From assembly GCF_009914755.1 (NCBI RefSeq), contig NC_060933.1: a DNA stretch of 64,000 nt. The stretch is one strand, 5' to 3'. The stretch is from the human T2T-CHM13v2.0 reference genome, Homo sapiens. Shown here one piece after another: positions 50,781-62,700 of this stretch. Position 1 is the first letter of the stretch; the number at the start of each line of letters is the position of its first letter. Under the pieces are notes generated by a model. It saw nothing but the letters and a program-made list of their open reading frames with translations. It was not told the DNA's origin and ran no database searches. A program made the translations under genes and the position numbers.

Positions 50781-53700
50781 AGAAGAAAGGACCAGGACCA
50801 AGACCAGGACCTAAATTTATATATGGGGAGATTTCTGCTACAGGTGCAGATGATACCTTTGCCAAAGAGGGACTGACAATTCCGAGGCTCTGAGTTTAGA
50901 TTTCAGCTCTCTCATTCATTCTTGGGTGACCTTGGACAATTCATATTCACCATGTGAGTTGAGCCAGTTATCTATAAAATAGAAAAAGCGACAACAGCAA
51001 GGGATAGTTGGTGCAGCAACCAACAGATATGAAGTGCTCCACAAATATCAAATTAAGACAATAGGTGTTTAAGCCCAGATGCTGAACAAAGCACAACTGT
51101 ACCTTGCTCACATCTCACTTTGTGATGGAAAGTTTTTGAACCCACTGTATTCTAGACACACGATGTTATGAGAACATAGGAGTTTATTATTTCATTTTAC
51201 CTAGTAAACATTTTCCAGAAGACTTAAAAGGCATTTGTTTTGCTTTCCAATGAAGGTGAGCTGCTACCTTGGTGCCCCATCCACCAGATCATCTCCAATG
51301 GCACCATGCCACGCAGATGCTCAAGTTGGCAGTTTTCTGCTTGAACTCTCCCAATGACAAATGTGATAAGATTTGCTTTTTTAGATAGCAGCTGCATCTT
51401 TCTTCCGTTCCCTTCACTTCCTTTGGGCTCAGCAGTTTTCCTTTTTGCTCCAGATAAATTGCTGTTAATTTAAATGTACTGCAGATCCTTGCCATTTTAT
51501 GGCTGATTGCTTCTGAGTAATAGGAGGAAAATGTGTGCATGCTTGAATGTAAATAAATTTAAATGGGTTGTGAGCCAATGATAAAAAAGCAGAGCACTTC
51601 GCTGACCTTCAACTCCCTTCCCTTCCCAGTCTTCCCCTTTGAAAAGGTCAATGAGTAGATCCTAAATCAGCAAATAGCAGAGGTTGAGTTTCAGGCCACA
51701 TCCAGTTTCTTCCTTCTCTGTTTTCAACTTTACATCCCATTTCTCAGATAGCACCTGCTTTATCCTTGTTCCTATATAGCTCAGCTAGTGCGTGCAATGG
51801 TGGCAAAGTTTCTCTAAAGTTGTTTTTGATAAAGGAGCTGGTCTCACGGTAACTACCATGCACCATCGGAATGCTACAAATGCTTCAGAATGTCACATTG
51901 TCAAAATATCTATATTTCAGGCTCATAAGCTAGACAGCTCGTTTGGCTGCTAAACCCACAAGATGTTCAGCCATTTGTTGTGGTCTAAAAACTTTCCCCC
52001 TCACAAGGAGAAAATAATCTTCTATTGTTTTGTATCATTTTGTGGTCTTTTGAGTTTTTTATAATATGAGAGGGCAAAAGTTATGAGATCCTGATAGGTA
52101 AATCGTGGCCTGGATTGAATTTTGCTATCAGTCTCTCTTGAAATCAAATTAATTTTTCAATATGTAGTGAAATATCTTTAGTCTGTCCACAGTATGGGAA
52201 GATCAAGGGTATGAAAGAGTAGGGTGACTTGCCTTCTTTGAGGTGAAGGGGGTGGAAGTGATAGTTTGAATGCATATTGCTTACAATTGCAACAGGCTGG
52301 CTTTTCCTCAGAAGAAAAATGCCGTATGTGTTTTTATGGCGGCTTCACTTGTTTTTATTGCATGGGCGTGTGGAGCTGAGATCTACTTCTTTGGGAAGGA
52401 TGGATCACAAAAGGCAAGCACAAGAAGGTTGCAGAGGGACACTTGACATCAATTGAAATAAGGGCCAGGGCAGTTGCATCCTGAGTGGATGGCAATGGTC
52501 CAGTAGAACCGTCATCTGGCAAAGTTAGCTGTGTTTCCAACTGTAATAATTAGTGAGCCTGGAGGGGCTTGTGGCAGGAAAATAGCAGATAGAAACAAAG
52601 AAAGAGAAGCCTGGTTAAGTTCCTGCTGTAAACATGCTGGGATTAGTAAACTCTTGGAGTTCCTGTGCCATAAACCCATTGGAAATAAGCCTTTATACCA
52701 GCAGGTTAATCGTGTTATTGAGTCAACAAATCTTTTTATTCTGGGGTCATGCTGTCTCTATCACTAAGTTTCTCCTGTTTTTATTGACAAAGTTGACATC
52801 CTTATATTAATACTCATATTGTTTCAGTGGGAAAGAATTTGAGCTCCACCCTCTTAAAAGCTAAGAAGTTTGATTTGTTAATTTGGCATGCTCATTTTAC
52901 ATGCCATAGTGCACTGTTAAACTAGCTCAGCTTCTGTTTGCCTGGAGGCAAAACTTTTAGAAGGAGACTGGAGACAGATATGAAGGAGAATTAATCAGTG
53001 CTACTGAGTACTTCCTAAATTCTTAGGGCTTTTGTGGGTGATTAAATCCATAAATGATGTTTGGCATCTGTACTGAGTTCTTTTGGAAGGGCAGGAGGGA
53101 GAAATGCCATGGAAATTAAGCTCCATAGACTCTTTTAGCATTGTTGTAAATGATGACACAGATTGGTGGTGGTACTTACGGTTCTGGAGGCAGATGACAC
53201 TAGCACTTGGCAGACCAGACACCAGGTGGAGGAAGATGGAGAGTCTACATGGTTGGGCTTAGAGGCGTCTTCCAAAGTTGAACTTGAAAATGTCTCGGAG
53301 ATTTCTATTACCACATGGTCTATTTTGCCACTTATGGATCTAATAAAGATTCATGCAAATTAAACACAGTATTATGTATACTAGAACCTTCACTGATCCA
53401 CTGGGTTTCCATGGGCAAGTTCAGTGAAAGCTCACTGTCTTCTTCTTGCAGAACTTATCTCATAGGGTTATTGTAAAAATAAAAAAGAATAGTTTGGGTG
53501 CAATGCTAAGTAGAGAACCTGGTGCAAAGTAGATTCACTGTCATTTATTGAGCAAATTATTTACTCATCTTTCTCCTTCTATGGGCCAATGAAGTATTTG
53601 AGGTCAAGGAACTGTGTTTTCTTTATTTTTGTAACATTTATCACAGCGTCTACTGTTTGGTTGGTGCTTAACAAATGTAGGATTACTTAATGTTAGATAT

Positions 53701-53886
53701 TATACATCATATTATTTATATATTATTATATATAATATATACATATACTATATGTCTTATAGATATAATATATACATATACAATGTACTGCATGTTGTAT
53801 GCTATATAAGTTATATAATGAATACTACATCTCCATATGTGTCATATATTTGCTATAATACTTAAAGTTAAGCAACTAATTAATTA

Positions 53887-54249
<363 letters not shown>

Positions 54250-54413
54250 CTAGTATTTCACCAGTTAAAGTTAGCCAGTTCTCTGGGCCAGTTGCTGAGT
54301 AACTAATCAGTTCTTTTAGAAAAGATTTGCTAAAATTAGCTGGGGAAAGAAAATCAGGATTTGGGTAGATAGGTATTGTTGAAACTAATTCCCCCCACCC
54401 ATAAAGACAAATA

Positions 54414-54483
54414 TTAGGTTGGTGCAAAAGTAATCATGGTTTTTGCCATTGAAAGTAGTGGCATTACTTTTGCATGAACCTAT
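54414..54483. mobile_element. MADE1 (Hsmar1-derived MITE) with an internal deletion of about 10 bp
   Basis: ta|ttaggttggtgcaaaagtaatcatggtttttgccatt...attacttttgcatgaacctat. Confidence 0.92.
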
Positions 54484-54853
54484 ATATAAAAATTCTTCAA
54501 GGGTCATTTGTATTGTACACAGATGTTTCCTCCTTAAAGTAAGCTGCTAACAGCTGACACAGTTGTGGATGGAGCTGTATGCAGAAATCCTTCGCATTTC
54601 TTTTCCTTGTTTCATGTACCATGTAAAATCAGTTTTAAGTTTAAAACTAAGTTGCTCAATAATGAGATGCCCATTTCCCCCAACTTCTGTTCTGTTATTA
54701 TATATTGCTCTATGGTTTAAAGTGTATTCCATGTTGTGTCTCATTTTTGATGTTTATTTATTATGTTCATTTGAAAGTTATTGTACTTGTATGTTAATTT
54801 TCATTGATTTTTCTTTTGAGCATGACTTATGTTTTATTTTGTGTTTCTTTTAG

Positions 54854-54891
54854 GTTTTGTTTTGTTTCATAAGATCCCACTGGATGGGTAG
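54854..54891 (+). CDS. NTRK2: TrkB-T1 (truncated BDNF/NT-4 receptor) terminal coding segment, phase 1, (G)FVLFHKIPLDG-stop
   Basis: After the acceptor ...gtgtttcttttag the sequence reads GT TTT GTT TTG TTT CAT AAG ATC CCA CTG GAT GGG TAG. FVLFHKIPLDG is the well-known 11-aa T1-specific C-terminus. It is too short to appear in the ORF track. Confidence 0.97.
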
Positions 54892-57800
54892 CTGAAATAA
54901 AGGAAAAGACAGAGAAAGGGGCTGTGGTGCTTGTTGGTTGATGCTGCCATGTAAGCTGGACTCCTGGGACTGCTGTTGGCTTATCCCGGGAAGTGCTGCT
55001 TATCTGGGGTTTTCTGGTAGATGTGGGCGGTGTTTGGAGGCTGTACTATATGAAGCCTGCATATACTGTGAGCTGTGATTGGGGAACACCAATGCAGAGG
55101 TAACTCTCAGGCAGCTAAGCAGCACCTCAAGAAAACATGTTAAATTAATGCTTCTCTTCTTACAGTAGTTCAAATACAAAACTGAAATGAAATCCCATTG
55201 GATTGTACTTCTCTTCTGAAAAGTGTGCTTTTTGACCCTACTGGACATTTATTGACTTAATTGCTTCTGTTTATTAAAATTGACCTGCAAAGTTAAAAAA
55301 AAATTAAAGTTGAGAACAGGTATAAGTGCACACTGAATAGTCTAATCTACATGTAACACATATTTTAGTATGATTTTCTATACTCTAATCAGCACTGAAT
55401 TCAGAGGGTTTGACTTTTTCATCTATAACACAGTGACTAAAAGAGTTAAGGGTATATATACCATCACTTTGGGACTTGGTAGTATTATTAAAAGGTTATT
55501 TCCTTCACTGTCAATAAAAGTCCAAATGTTTAGCTTAGGTCTGAGAGTCAAACAATGTTAAGGATTGTCTTAAAGTTCCTTAGTCAGCAAAACAAAACAA
55601 AACAAAACAAACAAATGAAAAACGTTTAAAAAGAAGAAGAAGAAAAAAAACAAGAACAAGCAGCAACAGCTGTTTTGTTGGGGCTATAGATTTAGGTTAG
55701 GCATAGTCAATTTCAGAATAACTAAGAGTGGAATATATGCATATGGTGAAATTATAACCTTGCCCTTTTTTATTTGCCCTCTGCGATCCACCTGCTTTTT
55801 AGAAGTCTGCCGAGTGAGAAGGCCACAGTATCTCATGCTGTTTGCATTACAGAACTGCAGCTTTTCTACTCTGAAAAGGCCTGGGAGCAGAATGGCTGGC
55901 CTGCTGTGAGCAGGAGAGGAGATTCTAAGAAGGATAGTCCCCCCTACAACATACTGTCATACTGCTGGGTTTTCATGGGTAGGAAAGCTTGTCCTGACCC
56001 CAGCAGCAAAGAGGTGGCAGGTCGCTAATGAATATATGCTTTATAATGTCCTTCTTCATTGCTGAGAGGGCAGCCTTAGAGCTGTGGATTTCTGCATCCC
56101 CCCTGAGTCTGACCCATGGACACCTGTTTCATTCACTTTAGCATCACAGTGACCTTTGTATGCTCTGTTCAGTCTGTGTCAGGCAGTATGCTTGTCCTGA
56201 AGAGAGGTTTGGCTATCCCCACCCCACCCCACCCCACCCTGTTCCTTTTTTATCAGGAGGACTTCAGAGCCAGGCCTGCAGCATTTTGTTTGAAAACACA
56301 ATCAGCTCTGACAGTTAGACATGCACACAGACGCCATAGCTGGATTGGAAACATTGATGTTTTAAAAATTTATTTTTTTTGGAAATAGTTGCACAAATGC
56401 TGCAATTTAGCTTTAAGGTTCTATAGATTTTTAACTAGTCCAACACAGTCAGAAACATTGTTTTGAATCCTCTGTAAACCAAGGCATTAATCTTAATAAA
56501 CCAGGATCCATTTAGGTACCACTTGATATAAAAAGGATATCCATAATGAATATTTTATACTGCATCCTTTACATTAGCCACTAAATACGTTATTGCTTGA
56601 TGAAGACCTTTCACAGAATCCTATGGATTGCAGCATTTCACTTGGCTACTTCATACCCATGCCTTAAAGAGGGGCAGTTTCTCAAAAGCAGAAACATGCC
56701 GCCAGTTCTCAAGTTTTCCTCCTAACTCCATTTGAATGTAAGGGCAGCTGGCCCCCAATGTGGGGAGGTCCGAACATTTTCTGAATTCCCATTTTCTTGT
56801 TCGCGGCTAAATGACAGTTTCTGTCATTACTTAGATTCCGATCTTTCCCAAAGGTGTTGATTTACAAAGAGGCCAGCTAATAGCAGAAATCATGACCCTG
56901 AAAGAGAGATGAAATTCAAGCTGTGAGCCAGGCAGGAGCTCAGTATGGCAAAGGTTCTTGAGAATCAGCCATTTGGTACAAAAAAGATTTTTAAAGCTTT
57001 TATGTTATACCATGGAGCCATAGAAAGGCTATGGATTGTTTAAGAACTATTTTAAAGTGTTCCAGACCCAAAAAGGAAAAATAAAAAAAAAGGAATATTT
57101 GTACCCAACAGCTAGAAGGATTGCAAGGTAGATTTTTGTTTTAAAATGGAGAGAAGTGGACATATAAGGCCATTTAATATATCAAAGATCAGTTGACATC
57201 TCCTAGGGAATGATGAAAACAGCAGGCTATTAGAAAATTATTTCATATAGTTCTCGTGTTCTTTTCTTTTTTTTAATCCCTGAAGGGATGATCAGTAACA
57301 TAGCTTCTCTTTTCTGTACTCTAGACCACCCCTTTTCATCATTTTGCTTTTTATGTCTCCCATAAGAAATGTGCTTTTTAGAGCTTCCTAATGCATGTGT
57401 TGCATTATTGCAGCATTAGAAAAGGAGAGGTAGCATTTTTGCTGAAATCGGGCCTGTCACTCTCCAATAAAGGTTCTGGCACTTCAATGCCAGGCAGGTC
57501 TCCTAAATGAACAGAATGATCTGTGTGAGCCGATGCCTGCCCTTCCAGAGGGGCCACTGTCCCCAGCCGCAGCCAACTGTGTCCCACAGGAATGGGAGCC
57601 TAGGTTTCCAAATCTTGTGATTCTTTAGGAGAAACATGAAACCTGGATTTCGTGTGAAATGTCCCGATTGTTAAAAAGTTGGCTCAATTATTTTTAAAAC
57701 ATTTTGTAAGCCAACAAAAGTCTGTGGGCTGCCAGTTTATTACTTTTGTCTTAAAACATGATCATTGTTCTCTCACGGTATCCTTCTGTCTTCCCGTTGC

Positions 57801-60020
57801 AAATTCACTTTTCTTTCTTCCTGACATTGCCATTGAGGGCTTTGTTACCACAAGCTAAGAAACTGAGTTTAACAGCCCAGTTATCTGCAACATGTCAATT
57901 ACCTTTGCTCCTCTCCTGTGATTCCCACCATGCTGTGACCCTCAGCTGTCTCCCTTTGCTGGGAATTCTGCACCAATGTCTCCCCTCAACCCATTCCCTG
58001 GTTGGTCCTACTCCCGTGTGGCCAGAGACATCCTAGCAAATCCTTCCTCCTATTATATCTGACACTAATTTCTTTTCAACAGCGCTCATGTCTCTTGGCC
58101 CAGTCAGGTGCTGCCAGGTTTAGATAGGAAAGTACATGTCCCATTTTCATGGGTGCCCTTAATGTGGTCCACGTCCTATATCTTATTATATTTACTCATG
58201 GCTCAATGGGGGCCTCCAGAGACCCTCTCAGGCTGCTGAGCTAGACTAAGGAATGCATCCACCGTCATCACATGAGACACTGACTCTGTGACGACAAAAG
58301 TACAAACAGTCTGAGGCTAAGAAAGGTTCATCTCACAACAGGAAAAACAAATCTCAACACACATTAGAGATAATTGATTCAGGGGTTTTCTCTCCCAGTC
58401 TCCCAGCAGGGACTGATTTCATTTCTGACCCACTAGGTTTTCTTTCCAGAAATAGGTAGCAAGGACAAGAACTAAACAATCCCAGCCCCACCCAGCAACA
58501 CAGAACACAGGAGTTTGCTTTTGGCTTCTCACTCTCCAAGTAACCCTGAATTAGGCCCAGAATGGCTGAGGCTTGGAGCATCTCCTCAGACAGAGCAGAG
58601 GCGACACCTCTTCAGGGGTGTGTGGAGTAAATAGCTCGAAGAGCTGAAGACAGAAAACCAGTTTCACGCCAGGTGCGAGAGAGAGCGTAATGGAGGGAAG
58701 CCCGCTTTCTCTCTCCTCTTCTTTTCTCTTTATTTCTTTAGAGCACTTGACTTTTTTTTCTCTCTCTCTCTAGTATTCTAAACTGACCCCATGACCAACT
58801 GAGAATTTATTTTTGTTTCATTGGTTGTTTCACAGAATTAGAACACACACGACTTTTTATTCCTCCATTGCAAAATGGAATCAAGATACTACACAAGACC
58901 TGTGCTTTCTTCCTTTGCATGATTTACACCTCCGCCTGTTTTGGTGCTAGCTGTCTAGAACTTCTCTCTTGGTTTGAATCTGATTCCTTCACACTACACT
59001 AGAAGTTTATTTCATCTTGTTTTGTCTAGACTCCAGATACAGAGGGACAGCTGGACTGAGGACAAGCAATTCCATCTAGCATAGGGTCTCTCAGGGTTGG
59101 TGCATCCAGCCACATGGGCAGGGCCAGTCACATCTAGTCTATGTCCCCAGAGCCCTTGGAGTTGCGCAGCTTAGCTGACTTGACTCCAAGGAAATTAGTA
59201 CAGAAGTAACCACTCTATTAAGTGTGTTCTGCTATGTTCACATGCCTGTAGTACCTGCAAACCATGCCAGGTTCATCTAAAGACATAGGGGAAGATTAAG
59301 GACTCTTTTGGACAGACCATGAATTGAATTTGCTGCCAGGTGCTGCCAGACTGAATTTGGCTGACAGAACTCCCAGCCCAGGAAAGTTCCATGACAATGA
59401 CTGTCGCAGAAGGAAATTTCCCACTAAAGTCAGTCCATTTTCAAGTTTTGGTCTTCAGAGACAAAAGAACGTCCCAGCCACCTGATTTTGATGGTGAGGT
59501 AACTCTAAGTTGAATTCAGGCTAGTGTTGCAGTATAGCTTTGGCATGTTCATGAGTGAGCACCCAGAATGTGTTGAACCAACCCCCACCCCTAACTACTG
59601 ACTATGACTGCAGTGGGTTTTTATGGGGAAAAAAAGTGTGAAAAGCAAAAAGAAAGGAACAGAGATTTTTTATCACCTTTATTGTAAGACAGTCCATTTA
59701 TGAATTGAGTATAAACACATACAAAGTAACAAGAGATTCCTAAGAAACGCAAATCCTTGAGTTTCACGCACTTCATGTTCAACCATTTGCTGTAATCCAG
59801 AGGCAGCCTGTGAATCATTCTCATGCCCTGTTTTTTTTTTTTTTTTTCCTATAATGTTCTGGGTTTAAAAGCCATCTTTTCCACATTTCCTGTAAATAAT
59901 GGATAATCATTTTAAAAAATTTTATTTTTAGTGCTGTTTTAACAATGTAGATAGATCATAAATGTACTTGCTGAATTCAATCATTTTTAACAAGCCAATA
60001 AAGTTTGATAATTCATCTCC
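54892..60020 (+). other. NTRK2: TrkB-T1-specific 3'UTR (~5.1 kb), with several internal poly(A) hexamers
   Basis: Follows the T1 stop codon and ends at the distal AATAAA (59997) with flanking UGUA and GU-rich elements. TrkB-T1 is known to have a long 3'UTR. The 3' end is approximate. Confidence 0.85.
55588..55665 (+). repeat. (CAAAA)n / (GAA)n A-rich tract in the T1 3'UTR
   Basis: Read directly from the sequence. Confidence 0.9.
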
Positions 60021-60050
60021 ATGTGTCTTGCATTCTCTGTAGATCTTGTG
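59997..60050 (+). terminator. NTRK2: Distal poly(A) signal of TrkB-T1 (cleavage about 60018-60022)
   Basis: AATAAA at 59997-60002, upstream TGTA motifs at 59891, 59946 and 59963, and a downstream GU/U-rich tract atgtgtcttgcattctctgtagatcttgtgt. Confidence 0.8.
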
Positions 60051-60810
60051 TACTTCCTCACACTTCCTCAAGTGTGTGCTGTCACCTGAGTGCCCTTGGT
60101 TGTGTTCAGAACTGAAGACTTTAGAAGAAACAGTGTGAGAAATGTCACGGAGAGTTTCAGGGGAGTACCAGGCCCATTTCAGATTCTGTGATAAATTATC
60201 CCCCCAAAAAGGTCTTTTAAAATTCCTGTCAGTATGAATTGTCCATTCATTGTTTACTGATTCTTGCATCAGAAATATTTTATTTGGCTAAAAGGCAATC
60301 CTTAAAAAAAAAAAAAAAACTTATGCGAATTTTTTTTAAAAACCCTAAATTCTATGGCAAAGCCCTTTGGTATTTTAAAAATTTGAAATGACCCAGGTCA
60401 CAATAAGAGAGTATACTCAATGCTCTGTTTCTCTATTCTAAATGACTTTGTGGACATATAAACATAATGACTTGTACTTGAAAGCGAGAGAGAGGGGAAT
60501 ATGTTGGATGTAGAGGGAAGATACCATGAGACCATAACTGTTAGCATGGTGCCCACACTTCATGTCCCTTTTGTCTCTATCCTCAGGTCAGCTGCATGGT
60601 TCCTGCCCCATTTTTCCCATTGAAAACAGGATGTAAAAGTGAGGTTTGTAGGACCTCAGGCTCCAATTCATTTGAGCCTGCCATTCCCTTCTGTTGACAC
60701 CCAAAGGGTTTTGCTCTAAATCAGACTTAGGGATTGGAAAAACTAATCTAGTGTGACCTCATGCTTTATCAAGTCAAGTATACTGCCCCTCTTATAAAAG
60801 CCCAGTGTTG

Positions 60811-61117
60811 GGCTGGGCGTGGCGGCTCACACCTATAATCCCAGTACTTTGGGAGGCTGAGGCGGGCGGATCATGAGGTCGAGAGTTCAAGACCAGCCTG
60901 GCCAATGTGGTGAAACCCTGTCTCTACTAAAAATACAAAAATTAGCTGGGCGTGGTGGCGGGCGCCTGTAATCTCACCTATTCAGGAGGCTGAGGCAGGA
61001 GAATCATTTGAACCCAGGAGGTGGAGTTTGCAGTGAGCCAAGGTTGCGCCATTGCACTCCAGCCTGGATGACACAGCAAGACTCCATCTCAAAAAAAAAA
61101 AAAAAAAAAGAAAAGAA
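60811..61117 (+). mobile_element. Alu (AluSg-like)
   Basis: Dimer with the 2-bp-deleted ggatcatgaggtc. TSD aaaagccc...agtgtt, with the right copy carrying 7 extra nt. Confidence 0.97.
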
Positions 61118-61224
61118 AAAAGCCCAAACTTCAGTGTTAGTGACTTGTGCTTTTTCCAAACTCCCTTCTCCATTTGTTGAACGAAGAACAGGTTGCATCT
61201 AACATCTGAAGGTCATATGATAAT

Positions 61225-61470
61225 TTGGAGTGGCAGGCATTTGTCACAGACTATGCAGGTTTGAATCCCAGCTATGCTCACGAACAATATAATCTTGGGA
61301 AAGTTCTTTCACTGCTCCGTGCTTCAATTTCTTCCTTTGCAGAATGAGATGATGGTAATAAGAATAGTACAATATTTACCTCACTGGGCTCTTATAAGAG
61401 TTAAATGAGATGGCTCAGGTAAAGCCCTTGGCACATTGCCTGGCAAGTGGGACACTCGGTATTGCTAATA
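61225..61470 (+). mobile_element. MIR
   Basis: ggtttgaatcccagct...cttgggaaagtt...taaatgagat...cttggcacattgcctggca. Confidence 0.85.
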
Positions 61471-62389
61471 ACTAATACTTCAAAGGAGCTTTGGTTGGCG
61501 AGTCGTTGGGTGTACCTCGGTAAATGTCCACGAATTACAAACCCACTCGCATATCTTGGTCATATGCAGATTGTGTGGTTGCAAATAATGGAAACCAAAT
61601 GAAAGGAAACTTCACTCACTGGGTCATCCTGGGTGTGGCCCAACCTGTGAAGGCCACTTTGGAATTGTTTCAGGAGTTATTAGGATTCTGCTCTTGAATT
61701 CTTCTCTTTATCCAAGCCAATTCTTACACACTGATTCTGCCTCAGGTTTGATTTTGATAAAATAAGAGGATCTGATTTATTTGGCCAATATTCTAATAGT
61801 TCCATGAGTTTGAATGATGGTCTGTTATTTGCAAATTCTTGGAGAAATAGCTCTGAATGTCTTACACTGAATACAGCTGGCCTCACTAGTTCTCATTTTG
61901 TTAATTCAGATTTCTTTTTATCATTTCAACAGGGAATGCATTAACTTTACTTTTTGAATTATCTATTTAAAAATCTTTGGCTAAGAATGTAAGTAACAAC
62001 TTAGCCAAAAGATTGTTTCAAAGAAAAGACAGTTTCAAGTTCCCTCAAGACTTAGAAACGAGTATTCACAGGCAATGAGTTATGAATAACTAGATTATTC
62101 TTTTCCTTCCTGAAGTTGTTTCTGGTAATAGCTCTAGAAGGCCACACATGATTGGCCTAGTTGGAACTACTTCATGTTTGAAGTCATAAATTTCATGTTA
62201 TTAAAAATACTTCATAATTTGCACTTTTTTCCTATCATTAAATCATTTTAAATGAGTGGCGTTGATGTATTTCTAGCACTTAATTTAGGACAATTTTACT
62301 ATTGCTACCACCTTTCCTAATACATCCTTTAGTGAGCTCTACCACAGGACCTAAGAGATAATGATAGGTAACAGGTATTGACTTCAAAC

Positions 62390-62570
62390 TTAAGTGTTTC
62401 ATGATCCTCCCAACAACCTTATGAGGCCAAAGCTAATATTGCCTGTATTGTAACGATTAGGAAACTGAGGAATGGAGCCATGAGGGACGTGCCTCAGGTT
62501 ACCGAGCTAACAAGTTAACACTAGGATTTGAGTTCAAGCAGGCTGGCTGTAAAGCTGGTGCTCCGTATGT
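62390..62570 (-). mobile_element. MIR
   Basis: atcctcccaacaaccttatgagg...ggaaactgagg...ggatttgagttcaagcag. Confidence 0.8.
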
Positions 62571-62587
62571 GAACTGGATTCTTGAAC

Positions 62588-62700
62588 TGGGCTGGGGCTA
62601 GAGCGAGGCCAGCCAGGTGTCTAGGGCACAATTTGAAAGATGGTGGTAACTCTTAGGTTCATGCAAGTGCCCAGTGGCCACTCCTACTAGCACTGGCAGT
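62588..62700. mobile_element. MER91-like hAT fragment
   Basis: ctagagcgaggccagccaggtgtctagggcacaattt...tcatgcaagtgc. Confidence 0.55.

Noticed and set aside
54851-54859. T1 acceptor AG|GT as a recursive splice site
   Set aside because: The regenerated donor would be G|GTTTTG, far from consensus. The GT is explained by the Gly codon.
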